Shown: in pieces, positions 23,006-34,572 of the stretch
How the letters are laid out: every line of letters starts with the position of its first letter
How positions within the stretch are numbered: the stretch's first letter is position 1
Source of the DNA: Nitrososphaerales archaeon
GTDB taxonomy: Archaea > Thermoproteota > Nitrososphaeria > Nitrososphaerales > UBA213
DNA length: 64,000 nucleotides
Reading direction: 5' to 3'
Assembly (NCBI GenBank): GCA_965197925.1
Contig: CBDAOC010000013.1
Coordinates: 20,066 to 84,065 of the forward strand
Notes under the pieces: generated by a model
Seen by the model: only the letters and a program-made list of their open reading frames with translations
Database searches by the model: none
Told to the model about the DNA's origin: nothing
Program-made: the position numbers and the translations under genes

Positions 23006-24100
23006 ATGCTCACGTCTGACGAAATAAAAACCGTTGATAAATCATCTATCTGTGATTCGTATGACAAATGGCCTGAATACTGCAAAATTTCATTTGGGAG
23101 AAGTACAAATATAGATGACAAGTTGTTTGATAATGTAAATTCAATTGTTTTTTCAGGTATGGGAGGTTCTGGCACAACAGGGGATATTCTTTCAGATTGG
23201 ATGCAGCTAAAGTGTAATGTTCCCGTTGTCGTTACAAAAGGTTACCATATACCTGCGTTTGTTAATCAAAACACATTATTCATCGCTATGAGTGTATCTG
23301 GAAATACTGAAGAGACATTATCAACGCTGATTGAAGCTGCATCTGTTAATGCCAAGGTTGTAGGCATCTCTCATGGAGGTAATATGGAAGCCATTTGTAA
23401 GAAGAAGATGTTACCATTTGTAAAGATTGAGCAAAGACTTTTGCCACGTATAACCCTGCCAGAAATTCTGTTTTCTGTGCTGAAGTTACTTACATACACG
23501 CCTTTCGTACACGATATACGGCTTCAGATAGATGATTCCATTAAAACAATGATAGATGTGAGAAAGAAGATTTGTAGAGAATGCAGCTTTGAAGAAAACC
23601 CATCAAAGCAACTTGCTGAAAGGATGTTTAAAGGTTTACCAACAGTTTATTGTGCCCCCTTACAAAAGGGTGTTGGAATAAGGTTCAAAAATTCTGTGAA
23701 TGAAAATGCTAAGATAAATGCAATAACGAGTGAACTCTTGGATGCCTGTCACAACGAGCTGGTATCATGGGGTTACAAAAATACAAATCGAGAAAAGCCG
23801 ATCTTTAAACCTATACTTGTAAGAAGTAAATTCGATCCTGTGGAGATAAAAACTAGATTCGATATATTCAAGGAGATCCTGGAAGGAAATGGTCATGAAG
23901 TGAATGATATTCCCTTGTACGGCTCAACACCCCTTGCAAATATAATATCATCACTCTATCTTCTCGATTACTCAACTATATATCTTGGAATATTACAGAA
24001 AATTGATCCTACGCCCATCACTGCAATATTCCAATTCAAGGAGGAGATGAAGAGACGTTTGGATTATTTTACAAGAACAATAAAACCAAAACTGACATAG
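23006..24100 (+). CDS. Bifunctional phosphoglucose/phosphomannose isomerase
   Basis: SGMGGSG, SVSGNTEETL, RFKNSVNENAK, CHNEL, DPTP. Confidence 0.9.
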   Translation: MLTSDEIKTVDKSSICDSYDKWPEYCKISFGRSTNIDDKLFDNVNSIVFSGMGGSGTTGDILSDWMQLKCNVPVVVTKGYHIPAFVNQNTLFIAMSVSGNTEETLSTLIEAASVNAKVVGISHGGNMEAICKKKMLPFVKIEQRLLPRITLPEILFSVLKLLTYTPFVHDIRLQIDDSIKTMIDVRKKICRECSFEENPSKQLAERMFKGLPTVYCAPLQKGVGIRFKNSVNENAKINAITSELLDACHNELVSWGYKNTNREKPIFKPILVRSKFDPVEIKTRFDIFKEILEGNGHEVNDIPLYGSTPLANIISSLYLLDYSTIYLGILQKIDPTPITAIFQFKEEMKRRLDYFTRTIKPKLT

Positions 24101-24572
24101 AACTATAGGAATTCATAAAACTCACCAAGGACATCAATAATCAAAAAGGAAATAATGATTCCAAGGTGTAAATTAAGGGATTAGATTTACTAAAATCTTA
24201 TATGATGTACAAATCTCTCCATGAAAAATAGAGTAACAGTTAGGGAAAAACAGTTATCTAATAATTGAACATCTTGAAGAACATTACAAGAAATATCCTT
24301 GGTTATACACATTGGATTAGGGGGGTGGATATTGAGATATTGGAACCTTTAAGGTTCTCTTAAAGCTATCGTATTATCGGGAAGCAATGAAAAACTTTTG
24401 AAATCCGAGATGAACTCAATGAGATATAAAAAAAATATTCTGATCAAAATCATTTCAATGAATTATAGGGCCTTGCCTTTGGTTAATTCAGGAGCTGATG
24501 AAATGATTTTGATAACACTAAATGAAAGTACTACAGAATTATCCTAGTTATTTGAGGCATGGGCATTATTCC

Positions 24573-25266
24573 TAATTTATCCCAAAAAAATCATGATTGA
24601 TGTTAACCAACTTTCTGCTCTTCTTTCATAACTGATTGCCATTCTATGGGAATCCAAACTTGAGCAAACGCAAAGAATCTCTGTAACGTGTCAATGGTTT
24701 GTTGTCTTGTTGTTCTTTGTCTTGAAATTTCTGTGTGAAATGGTCAATCTAGAATATTTCTGCTTTTCAAATCTGCTTTAGAATCAAAATAAACTGATGT
24801 AATTTGTTTTATTTCATCAATGAATTATAGGGCCATTTGCCAATAATTATTGATACTGGCAGGGAATTACAATCAACTGCAACATGTATCTTTGTGCCTG
24901 TAATCCTCTTGAATCCATCATGTCCAAACATTGCCTCTTTTTTGGCAGGAACAGTTGAGGAATCAACTGATATCCTCTGAGTTGTAGATTGCCAGATTTG
25001 TATGCAGATTTTATTGCACCTGACAGAATCTTTTTCCATACTTTCCTTTGCTGCCAGTTCTGTGCATGATTTTGAAATACTTTTCTGGCATCTCACGCCA
25101 CCTGCATCCAGTAACTAGAACAAACATGAATTTATCGTGACACGGTCATTACTCCTTGGTCTGCCTGTTCTTGCAGGTTTTGGAATGTATTTTTGCATCA
25201 TCCTCCATTGCTTGTCTGTTAATTCTTGAAATTGCATGAGAGTTCAATGACTAATTGCAAATAGAT
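24573..25266 (-). mobile_element. Degraded IS5-family remnant (relative of elements C and D)
   Basis: MQFQELTDKQWRMM..PKPARTGRPR, VDSSTVPAKK, GFKRITGTKIHVAVD; many indels; left end missing. Confidence 0.8.
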
Positions 25267-25289
25267 CTACAGAATTATCCTAGTTATTT

Positions 25290-25892
25290 GAGGCATGGGC
25301 ATTATTCCATATAACAAAAATAACTTGATGCCTCTGATTGATTAACTTCCCAACATGTGCTTCAATGCCCTTAATGGTCTTCCTGTCAAGTAGTTGTAGT
25401 ATACCATCAGCTGGTATAGCAATACAGAAATCAGAACGATGCTCCTAGCTTTATCAAATCCTCTAACTGGCAATGGATCTATGGTAAATACATCCTTTAT
25501 CTGCTCTATCAATGGTTCAACACTTATGCTTCTTTGTGAGTATAAATGCTGCCCATATTCAGAGTTATAGAACTGCAGCAATGCCAGTCTATTATTATCT
25601 GTAGTATGCCTATACCTTTCCAATGGGAATACTGGATGCCCTCTATACCTGCTGAAATCACATAACTTGTGATCATCATATCCTTCATCTCCTACAACAT
25701 ACTTTACCATTCCTGTAGGCAATGAAGATGTTATGCTTTCATACATCTTGTTATCAGTAATGTTAGCTGTTGTGAAATCAGCTGATAATGGAACTATCAA
25801 TGAACCTGTGCTACATGCTAGATGCAGTTTGTATCCGAATATCCATCCCTTGGTTCTGCTGTAGCCCCATCGAGCATCTGTATCTATACCGG
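25290..25892 (-). mobile_element. IS 'B' 3' half, cut by IS 'C'
   Basis: TIR GAGGCATGGGCATTATT at 25290; identity to B stops at 25892, where the C TIR begins. Confidence 0.88.
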
Positions 25893-26766
25893 CAACTCAT
25901 CTCAAAACTAACCATTTAGACAATTTTTAGCGACCATTTAGATCCATGAATAGCGACATCTAAAATTATTTTATGAAATTCCAAGAATTATCAGACAAAC
26001 AGTGGAGTATGATAGAATCACACATACCGCCACATGCAAAAACTGGCAGGCCTAGGGATGATGATAGAAAAATCATTAACGGAATAATCCATGTTCTAAC
26101 TACTGGATGCCGATGGGACGATATGCCAAAAAGATATGGTGATGATTCTACTGCAAACAGAAGGTTAAACAAATGGCAACAAAAAGGAATCTGGAAAAAG
26201 ATTCTATCACGTACTATTCACTCAGCACATAAATCTGGCAAAATTAATCTACAAAAAATATCAGTTGACTCTTCATCCATTCCTGATAAAAAAGGGGCAA
26301 TGTAACTGGATATAATGGATTCAAGAGAATAACAGGTACAAAAATACATGCCGCAGTAGAGAGTAACGGATTTCCAATATCCATACTGTTGAGTCCAGCA
26401 AATGAACATGACAGTACAAAATGCATGGATGTTACAGGATCAATTTCAGACTATCTTGATGATGATTCAATACAACAGATAGAATCAGTTTATGCAGACA
26501 AAATGATGCAAAATACATCAGAATGTATTTGTGGGATAGAAATATTGCATGTTGCATCCCATACAAAATAAATTCCAAGTTCATCTTGCAAAATAATGAT
26601 TGCAAACATTACAACAAGACAAGATTTGTAGTTGAGAGATTCCTTGCATGGCTCAAGAATGGATTTCACAGAACAAGAATCAGGTATGAAAGAACGGCAG
26701 AAAACTATCTGGCATTTGTTAATCCTGCATCATTTTTGATGTATTGTAGGGTTTTGAGATGAGTTG
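25893..26766 (+). mobile_element. IS5-family element 'C', copy 1
   Basis: Perfect 16-bp TIR CAACTCATCTCAAAAC; NGIIHVLTTGCRW; A-run/GGGG slippery site between ORFs; TRFVVERFLAWLKNGFHR; extra frameshifts; no TSD. Confidence 0.92.
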
Positions 26767-27084
26767 AATGGGGTACTATATCTAGATGTAGAAAGATCCT
26801 CAGGTAGTATGCTTCATGCAGCCATTCCACAAACCTCCTGTAGCTCTTCCCTTCATACTGCCTTAATACCAGAAGGATTGTATGCTGCCATACAATGTAG
26901 ATATGATTGCTCTTCTTGTGTATGTACAGGGGTATCCTGGCCTTTATCAAAACATTGAGCATGGTTCTAGCAAGTTTGACATACCTTGACTCTTTCATGC
27001 ATAGGCAGGAGTTATATGTGATACATTGATCTCATGGTGCAATTCCGTGCACAACAGGCTAAAATCTATGGTTTCTACACAGCC
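26767..27084 (-). mobile_element. IS5-family element 'E', left end and N-terminal transposase fragment
   Basis: Terminus GGCTGTGTAGAAACC at 27084; LLVLRQYEGKSYRRFVEWL..IVPH is cut by element C. Confidence 0.8.
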
Positions 27085-27147
27085 GTTAAGGACATACTTT
27101 TGAATAATGAAGGAACTCATTTACGGTGGTCAAAGAAATAGATAAAG

Positions 27148-28911
27148 TCAGGAGCTCACTGCGAAGAAAGCCTCTGCTCTAGATTCTTCATCCTGAACAA
27201 TTACTCGGTAAGTACCAGAATCTGCAGTTTTCTGGATCAACCATAATGCACTATAAGTTCCATCCTCTTTAATATTAGCAGACATCGGAATGCGGTCTTC
27301 ATTAGGAGTGAGGATAACTATCGATAATCTCTCACCCGGCTTTCCTTTTCCACTGATCCTTACAAGCTCTCCATCCCTGTATTCACTCTTGTCTGTTTTC
27401 ACGGTTAGAGCAACTGAGCCTCTTACGACTGAGAATGTTAATGCTAGCTCCTCATCGCCTGCCTTGGCAGTTACAGAATATTTGCCTAACTGGGAGTTTA
27501 GAGGCACAAGCATTGTTGCATTGTATTGCCCATTGTTATCTGATATTACAACCGTTGTGAACATTTCATTATCATTGGGATCTATAACCGTAATACCAAT
27601 GTCTTTATTTGACAATGTCTGCCCTGTTATTATCACGCTCTCACCCTGTTTGTACTCGAACTTGTCGGTAACTATTGTCATCTCAAAGCCAGTTTCTGTC
27701 TTGACATTGAACTTTGTTGTAATTGTCATACCTTCCTGCAAGGCACTTACTAGATACTCACCTGTCATAGTTGTAGAGCCTAGTGGTATGAATGCTGTAA
27801 ATTTGCCATCCTTATTAACTGGAACCGCTGAAAAGAATATGGAAACTCCAGAAGGATTTGCAGCTCTCAATGAAACAGCGGCTCCCCCTTTTCCAACACC
27901 AACTATCTTTACAAGATCACCTTGTTTGTATGTTTCTTGTTCGGTGGTTACCATAAAAGAAATTTCTTTTTCCTCAATTGTTACAGTAATGGGTAGATTT
28001 GCAGCCCTTCCACTACTATCTGAAACAGATAACTGATGAGCACCATCAACTACATCCTGGGGAATTGTTATTCTATCCATAATTGTTCCGTCAGATGCTG
28101 TCTTCAGAGTCTCTATCAATTTTCCATCGAACAGAATAGTCAGCCTCGAATCTGGCATGAAGCCTTCACCTAATATTCTCATGACAAGACCAGGTCTTGC
28201 TGTATCCGGTATCACCGCAAATGCAGGTTTCTTGTCGAGAATATCTGGAATCTCTTTAACGTTTGATCCATTAGTTGGAGTTGAATTATTTTTTTCTGCG
28301 TTGATATTGTCAGTGGTGGACTTCGCAGCTTCCATTACAGCTTCCATTACAGCTTCCATTGCAGCTTCCATTGCAGCTTCCATTGCAGCTTCCATTGCAG
28401 CTTCCTCCGTTGCGGCCTCTTCCTCTATTGCTTTGACTACGTCTAATAGGCCACTCCCAAGTTCGTCGCCCTCTTCGTCAATGACAATCCACTTGAAGAT
28501 AGGGTTTGATTGATCTGACTTGATACCGAACCTTGTGGATTCTCCGGGTCTTATCGAGTTTGTCTCCGTACTAAACTGTATGGTATTCGGATTTGATGAT
28601 GATTCTTCCGTACTCCATCCATCCACTGCTTTATAGGATTGAATGTTACCATTTTCCAGTGTTAGCCAAATAAGCTTGGCGTTGTAAATGTTATCTTCAC
28701 TATTGTTAACCTTTAAAACTGTGATGGTCTTCCAGCTCTTGGCAGTAAGCTTTACTAGTGAGTAGTCAGTTAAATCCGACTGCGTATAGCCCACAGGCAA
28801 AATCATTGTAAATAATAATAGTATTATTACTATAGCAGGATATTTTAAATTAAACAAATACATCTTCCTACAATAGGGATGATTATCCTTTTTATTTCTT
28901 GTTGTAAACAA
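27148..28911 (-). CDS. Secreted/surface protein with repeated Ig-like beta-sandwich domains
   Basis: Signal-peptide-like N-terminus; repeated TDKxEYxxG(D/E)xVxIxG units; low-complexity linker. The true start may be the ATG at 28863. Confidence 0.8.
   Translation of the reverse strand: MFTTRNKKDNHPYCRKMYLFNLKYPAIVIILLLFTMILPVGYTQSDLTDYSLVKLTAKSWKTITVLKVNNSEDNIYNAKLIWLTLENGNIQSYKAVDGWSTEESSSNPNTIQFSTETNSIRPGESTRFGIKSDQSNPIFKWIVIDEEGDELGSGLLDVVKAIEEEAATEEAAMEAAMEAAMEAAMEAVMEAVMEAAKSTTDNINAEKNNSTPTNGSNVKEIPDILDKKPAFAVIPDTARPGLVMRILGEGFMPDSRLTILFDGKLIETLKTASDGTIMDRITIPQDVVDGAHQLSVSDSSGRAANLPITVTIEEKEISFMVTTEQETYKQGDLVKIVGVGKGGAAVSLRAANPSGVSIFFSAVPVNKDGKFTAFIPLGSTTMTGEYLVSALQEGMTITTKFNVKTETGFEMTIVTDKFEYKQGESVIITGQTLSNKDIGITVIDPNDNEMFTTVVISDNNGQYNATMLVPLNSQLGKYSVTAKAGDEELALTFSVVRGSVALTVKTDKSEYRDGELVRISGKGKPGERLSIVILTPNEDRIPMSANIKEDGTYSALWLIQKTADSGTYRVIVQDEESRAEAFFAVSS
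28325..28405 (+). repeat. 12-bp coding tandem repeat, 6.75 copies (encodes MEA[A/V])
   Basis: (g/a)cagcttccatt x6 plus gcagcttcc. Confidence 0.97.
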
Positions 28912-29417
28912 TAGACTTCCTATAAGGATTATATAGATAATTTCTAGTTTATAATGGTAAATATCAATGATTTGAGATAGTTTATCAAATAAAATATACC
29001 TATATAAATGCCCAAAATTGTAGTTACATTATTCTTTATCTCTAAAAAAATTGAAAACTTTCGCTTTTGCCAAATGGATCATTAAAGTGGAAGAAATAAT
29101 ATAATTCTTTTATCTGTACATATTGTACCAATAAAAAAGTTGCAAAATTTCTATGTACTTATACTACCCTTGAATGTTATTACTCTTTATATTACTAAGA
29201 ACAGTATTTTTAGGTAATTATCTTCACTTGTAATAACTAAATTGTAAGAGCTTGCTCGTAAATCGCTGATAATATAAAATTAGTCTGAATATTCATCTCT
29301 TTAATTAATTTGAGGTCCTTTAGACCACTAGGTTGGGCTAAAGCTACCAACAAATAGAACAGGTAAACAATTATTTACTGGTACATTGTATTACAAACTG
29401 CGGAGTTATGTTTCCTT

Positions 29418-29837
29418 TTGAGTGAAGATGATTATATTGAGGACTTGACAACAAAGGTGTTCCGAATGGTTGCGGAGAATGGGAAGGCTGGCATCCATCA
29501 AAGTGAATTATGGAAGAAACTTAATCTGACAAGCAGGGATGGTTCTCGGATGTCTATAAGGCTGGAAAGAAGGTCACTGATAAGGCGTGAAAAGGTTCTA
29601 GAAAATGGAAGATGGACTTACAAACTAATAGCAATAAAACTCCCTGTTGATACTAATTGCATAGAACAAGCTCCTTGCTTGACGTGCCCGGTTGAACATA
29701 TGTGTTCGATCGACGGTACTGTAAGCCCCAACACATGTTTGCTTATTGAAAATTGGATATTAAATGAAAACAGTAGGTCAGAACAATTAATTAATGTAAG
29801 TGTAGACGGTAAGAAACATGCGTCTGCAAGAGGCTAA
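29418..29837 (+). CDS. Rpc34/TFE-beta-like wHTH + Fe-S/Zn cluster protein
   Basis: GIHQSELWKKL wHTH followed by PCLTCPVEHMCx6SPNTC cysteine cluster. Confidence 0.8.
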   Translation: MSEDDYIEDLTTKVFRMVAENGKAGIHQSELWKKLNLTSRDGSRMSIRLERRSLIRREKVLENGRWTYKLIAIKLPVDTNCIEQAPCLTCPVEHMCSIDGTVSPNTCLLIENWILNENSRSEQLINVSVDGKKHASARG

Positions 29838-30423
29838 ACACGACCTATACAGACGGTTAGCTAAAGATCATGGGTATAGAAGCAGAGCGGCATTTAAATT
29901 AATGGAAATTAATAATTCATTTCATATAATAAATAGAGGAATGCTCGTTGTGGATCTTGGCTGTGCACCCGGTGGATGGTTACAAGTTGCAAGAAGGTTT
30001 GTAGGTGGACAAGGAATGGTCCTTGGTGTTGATAAACGTATTGTTATGCCAATGCCTAATGTAGAGGTTATCGAGGGAAGCGTTGATGATAATTCATTGG
30101 CTCAAAAAATCCTGTCAACAATGGGAGCGAAAGTAAATCTGGTATTATCAGACCTAGCGCCAAATATTACTGGAATCTGGCAGCTGGATCATACTAGGCA
30201 AATAGCATTAACAGAAAATGCAATCTCCGTAATGGACACAATTCTTGCAAAAAATGGTAATGCTGTATTCAAGGTGTTTGAAGGCGCCATGTTAAATGAA
30301 GTGAGAGATTTTCTCAAGGTAAAGTTCAACAAGGTGCGTCTTTATAAACCGAAAGCGAGTAAGAAGGCTAGTAGTGAGATTTATCTCGTTTGTCTAGGTT
30401 ACAATTTGTCTGAACAAATCTAG
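29818..30423 (+). CDS. rlmE: 23S rRNA methyltransferase RlmE/FtsJ
   Basis: GYRSRAAFKL, VVDLGCAPGGWLQ, SDLAPN, KVFEG, SSEIY. Confidence 0.95.
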   Translation: MRLQEAKHDLYRRLAKDHGYRSRAAFKLMEINNSFHIINRGMLVVDLGCAPGGWLQVARRFVGGQGMVLGVDKRIVMPMPNVEVIEGSVDDNSLAQKILSTMGAKVNLVLSDLAPNITGIWQLDHTRQIALTENAISVMDTILAKNGNAVFKVFEGAMLNEVRDFLKVKFNKVRLYKPKASKKASSEIYLVCLGYNLSEQI

Positions 30424-31563
30424 AATTTCATTATGTTTTGCATCTGTCCTGAAGCCTGTATAGCATAGACTTGTTCGCGCGGCTGAAAAACCTGAAGTTT
30501 TTAGTCTGTCTATGATTTCAGATATAGAAGGAGGAGTTAACCTTGCCCTTTCTGAAACTTTGTCTACAGAAAAGTAAGCGGGAGGCATACTTATCTCTTC
30601 CTTAGCCACTGAAAGCAATTTTCTGCACTTTTTATCAATATTACAACTATCAACATATTGTAACATTTGTTCAATAAAATCTTTATCAAACATATCCTCA
30701 ATCCATAATTGGCCAGCATGCCTCATTTCTTTTTCACACGATTCACAAATTTTACTATTATCGGTATTGTACGAATAAGCTCTATGGCTGCAGGAAAAGC
30801 AGTGATAGATGTATCCTAGCTTGCTTGGCATTGCTTCAGCATACCTACTGCCAATATTTACTCTTGCATAAACACGTAAGTAATTTCTGTTGCTGTGAAC
30901 GAATAAAGGCTTGATTCCAAGTTCAAGTCTGGAGGCAATCATTGATATTAGACCCACTATTAATCGCAAACTAATTTCATTTCCATATTCAACATTCAAT
31001 GATCGACCATAATACCTTCTTTTGCATACATTTGGGTATATGCCGCAAAGAACAGCAGTATCTGTAGCTGTGACGCTTAAAAGTCCTTCATTGTCCAGAG
31101 CTCTGAGTGCACAGTCAATGTATGGTGCTGGTGTCCCAAAGGGATCTAGATCAATTATTCCAAATCTGGACCCTTTGGAAGAATGCCTGATGAGGAACCT
31201 ACACGCTTCATTCATACTAAACTTGCACTGTTTCTCAACGTTATTGAGCCTGCATGATTCCCTCCCCATCCCAAGGGCAATCGGGTTTGCGTCATTGACG
31301 TATATCTCATCAAGCTCCCTGACCTCAACAGCAGTTCTAACCCCTCTTGCACAAACTCCCGCAAGTGCATCAGCCATGCTTTTTTCATTCAACTTTTTGA
31401 CATAGGATTTGTATGCAATGATTGAAAAATCCCTGCTTAATCTTGCATTTGGATTGAAAAATGCTGGATTTCTAGGAGGAACTTTACTGGTAAGAGAATC
31501 TGCAGGTACAACCAGTTTAGTGTTACCTTCCACTATAGTTTGAAGACTTCTCATAACATGCAC
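30394..31563 (-). CDS. trm1: tRNA (guanine26-N2)-dimethyltransferase
   Basis: FFNPNARLSRD, IDLDPFGTPAPY, VTATDTAVLCG, Zn finger, GQLW, GFRTDA. Confidence 0.95.
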   Translation of the reverse strand: MHVMRSLQTIVEGNTKLVVPADSLTSKVPPRNPAFFNPNARLSRDFSIIAYKSYVKKLNEKSMADALAGVCARGVRTAVEVRELDEIYVNDANPIALGMGRESCRLNNVEKQCKFSMNEACRFLIRHSSKGSRFGIIDLDPFGTPAPYIDCALRALDNEGLLSVTATDTAVLCGIYPNVCKRRYYGRSLNVEYGNEISLRLIVGLISMIASRLELGIKPLFVHSNRNYLRVYARVNIGSRYAEAMPSKLGYIYHCFSCSHRAYSYNTDNSKICESCEKEMRHAGQLWIEDMFDKDFIEQMLQYVDSCNIDKKCRKLLSVAKEEISMPPAYFSVDKVSERARLTPPSISEIIDRLKTSGFSAARTSLCYTGFRTDAKHNEILDLFRQIVT

Positions 31564-31779
31564 GAGCCGCGCATAAGATAAGAACGTTTAAGATCATATT
31601 TCAGGCATCAAAGCAAATAGGACATTTCGCAATCCCAAATATGATTGATGTATAATAATTGGATCAGGGTCTATATTGACGAGTTCCCTCTTGTAATTTC
31701 TGATTTTTATCAAACCATCGTTAGTAATAATTTCTTTTCCGTATCTCTTGCCAAGTTCGATGATTATCCTGTCAAAGTA

Positions 31780-32036
31780 ATCAAGATGTCTTCAATTAAC
31801 ATGTTACCTGCTCTCTCACTTCAGTACCTATCGATAGCTTGATGTACTTTTTCCTTATTCTTGTTCTATCCGTATAGTATGACGATGCATTGCTCGACCT
31901 GAATCCAAAAGCATCTATTGCTACGAACAATTTCCTAATCTTGGTTAGTATGAAAGAAGAAATTATTCTGTAAAGTATGTTGCCATCTATCCTAGCAGCA
32001 AACTTCTGAAGAGTTGTATAATGTGGGACTAACTGT
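31780..32036 (-). mobile_element. IS 'E' internal transposase fragment
   Basis: VPHYTTLQKFAARI..FVAIDAFGFRSSNASSYY..KYIKLSI; abuts the D right end. Confidence 0.8.
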
Positions 32037-32914
32037 GAAGTCATCCCAATACTCTCCAATACATCATAATCGACGAAATGATAACAAATGCCAGATAGTT
32101 TTGTGCATTCTTCTCATATCTGATCCTGGTTCTGTGGAACCCATTCTTCAACCAGGCAAAGAATCTCTCCACAACATAGCGCGTCTTGCCGTATAGGTAT
32201 TGTTCTGTATTATCATTTTGTTGTTGTGTCTTACTGTTTTTTCTGTAAGGTATGCAGTCAGAGATTTTTCTTTTGGTGAGGTATTTCCTGATGAATTCTG
32301 CATCATAGCCCTTGTCTGCTTGGCACCGCGCAATTTTTCTGATAGATCTCTCATCCAGATATTGTGAGATGCCATCCATCACGTCTACAAATCTTGCAGA
32401 GTCATGCTGATTTGCAGGACATTACTACTGAGACTGGCAGTCCGTTTTGTTCCACCGCAACGTGTATTTTTGTGCCTGAAATCCTGTTGAATCCGTTGTA
32501 TCCTATGACGCTTCCCCTTTTTTGGCCGGAACTGATGACGAATCGACCGTTTTTTGCAGCTGCATCTTGCCTGATCTGTGGGCTGATTTGACTGCAGCGG
32601 AGAGGATATTCTTCCATATTCCACGTCGCTGCCAGTTCTGCAGTCTGCGGTGCGCAGTTGATTTGGAGCCGTACCTTTGTGACATCCCAGTCCACCTGCA
32701 TCCTGTTATCCCGACAAACAGGATTCCGTTGACTGTCTTTCTGTCGTCTGCCCTTGGCCTTCCGGTTCTGGCTGGCTTGGGGAGATGCGGTGATATCATC
32801 TTCCATTGTTCACCTGTTATCTCCTGAAATTTCATGATCTGCTACGGGCAGCATTGCAAATAGATCCAAATGATCGTCAATTATTCACTAAATGATCAGT
32901 TTTGGGATCAGTTG
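32037..32914 (-). mobile_element. IS5-family element 'D', copy 1
   Basis: Ends CAACTGATCCCAAAAC / GAAGTCATCCCAATAC; near-identical to 47188-48066; AAAAAAGGGG slippery site; extra frameshift. Confidence 0.92.
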
Positions 32915-32936
32915 AGTATCAAGCGGCAACTAAACT

Positions 32937-33377
32937 TCACCCTACCACCATCACAGAGCAAGGAGCATAGCTTGCTATCCCGCTTGCAACACTACCCAAT
33001 AGAGTCTTTCTATATTGTGTCCTCCCACTGGTACCTAGAATTATAAGATCGATATCATTCTTCGCTGCAAACTCGGCTATTGGGAAGATAATAGAATCTT
33101 TTGATTTCAATGCCACTGCTCTAAATTTCACGTCTTCAGCCTCAGCCTTTCTCTGCAAACTGTTTAGCCACTTGCAAGCTTCTTTCTCAGCATGCCTGTA
33201 AATTTTCTTGGTTGAACTTGATAAACCGGGAGATGAGGGGATGAATATGATATACAAAGCTATTATTTCAGAATGCTTCTTTGTAAGTTCAAATGCCCGA
33301 TATGCAGCTTCCAAAGAGCATTTTGATCCATCTTTAGGAACGAGTATTCTTGTAAGAAACGTACTTTCCTTTTTCAA
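32937..33377 (-). CDS. Universal stress protein
   Basis: RILVPKDGSKCS, DIDLIILGTSGR, LLGSVASGI..APCSVMVV. Confidence 0.92.
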   Translation of the reverse strand: MKKESTFLTRILVPKDGSKCSLEAAYRAFELTKKHSEIIALYIIFIPSSPGLSSSTKKIYRHAEKEACKWLNSLQRKAEAEDVKFRAVALKSKDSIIFPIAEFAAKNDIDLIILGTSGRTQYRKTLLGSVASGIASYAPCSVMVVG

Positions 33378-34372
33378 TTTACTACATATCGATGATAGAA
33401 GTTTCTATCCTTTGTTGTCCCCTGTCACCAATATCAATCCTACTAAATATCAATCCAATTAATTTTCGTGCAATCATACTATCGAAACTTTCACTCGGTT
33501 GATTATGACTTTGCCCACACATTTCTAGTAAACATCTACAATGCAAAATCTATATGAGATAACCGGATAAGATATTAGTATACTATAAGCAAACATTTCG
33601 CCTTTCCTAAAAACTATTTTATTTTCCTAGGTTGATGCATCATGAAATGATCACAAATCCAAAAATGAATTTTCGTTATGATATAATAAAGAATGAAATA
33701 GGATTAGGCCGAGGTTTTGATATGTATTATGGTTAAGGCAATGGCATATCCTATTCCGTTGTTGACCAAATGGTGTTTATACAGTAGAGTCAAAATTACT
33801 AAAACATTCTGTAAGAATCTACCTAATCCTTCAAATTGAAGATTTTAACGGTTGAATTTCTGGGTTGTAACAAATTGATATGCCCTTTAAACATTATTAC
33901 AAGTCAGAATTACATCAGTAAGATTACGGAGAGTGGTTTGTAATAATTTAGTAATGCACTCACTTGCAATGAATACAAACTGAATATATATGATTTCATA
34001 GATGGTAGAATGAGGCACTCTGGTACAGGTATGTGTACTATCTCTAGCGTCCCCCACTTTATCTTTACATGCCTGTGCCAAAGGGCATCGTCATTAGTAA
34101 TTTGCACAAGAAAACACTTTAATAATTTGAAGTCATTTTGCCGAAATCTACACAAGAATTAATGTTGGGTGTATTATTATTTTCAGAATGTGACGAGAAT
34201 TATGTATGTATATCAAATTGCATGGTTATTGATTTTGAAAATTCACTCAATAAAAAACCTTATTCTAATATCAACACAATGATGATTTCTATAACTGGTT
34301 ATCAATAATGGAAATTGTATACTAAAATTATATCTTTCAAGGAGTACATGGAAATGATGAATTATGGGTGAA

Positions 34373-34490
34373 ATGGCAAATGAAACATATATCAAACGAT
34401 GTTTAAAATGTGATAAGAAGATTCAGTAACCTGTGTTCTACAAGGGATATGTGTTCTGTTCGGAAGAATGCAAATGAGATTTCTTGAGTA
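34373..34490 (+). pseudogene. Small TRASH/YHS-like Cys-rich metal-binding protein relic
   Basis: MANETYIKRCLKCDKKIQ*PVFYKGYVFCSEECK*DFL; two in-frame stops. Confidence 0.55.
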
Positions 34491-34572
34491 ACCATCCAAT
34501 GTAGTATGATTCTAAACTCTATTCAATGAAAAGACCGTAGTGTTAGAATTCAAATGAATAATTCTATGATAT

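Noticed and set aside
27290..28513. Long + strand ORFs (248 aa, 118 aa) and similar antisense ORFs elsewhere
   Set aside because: Shadows of well-supported genes on the opposite strand.
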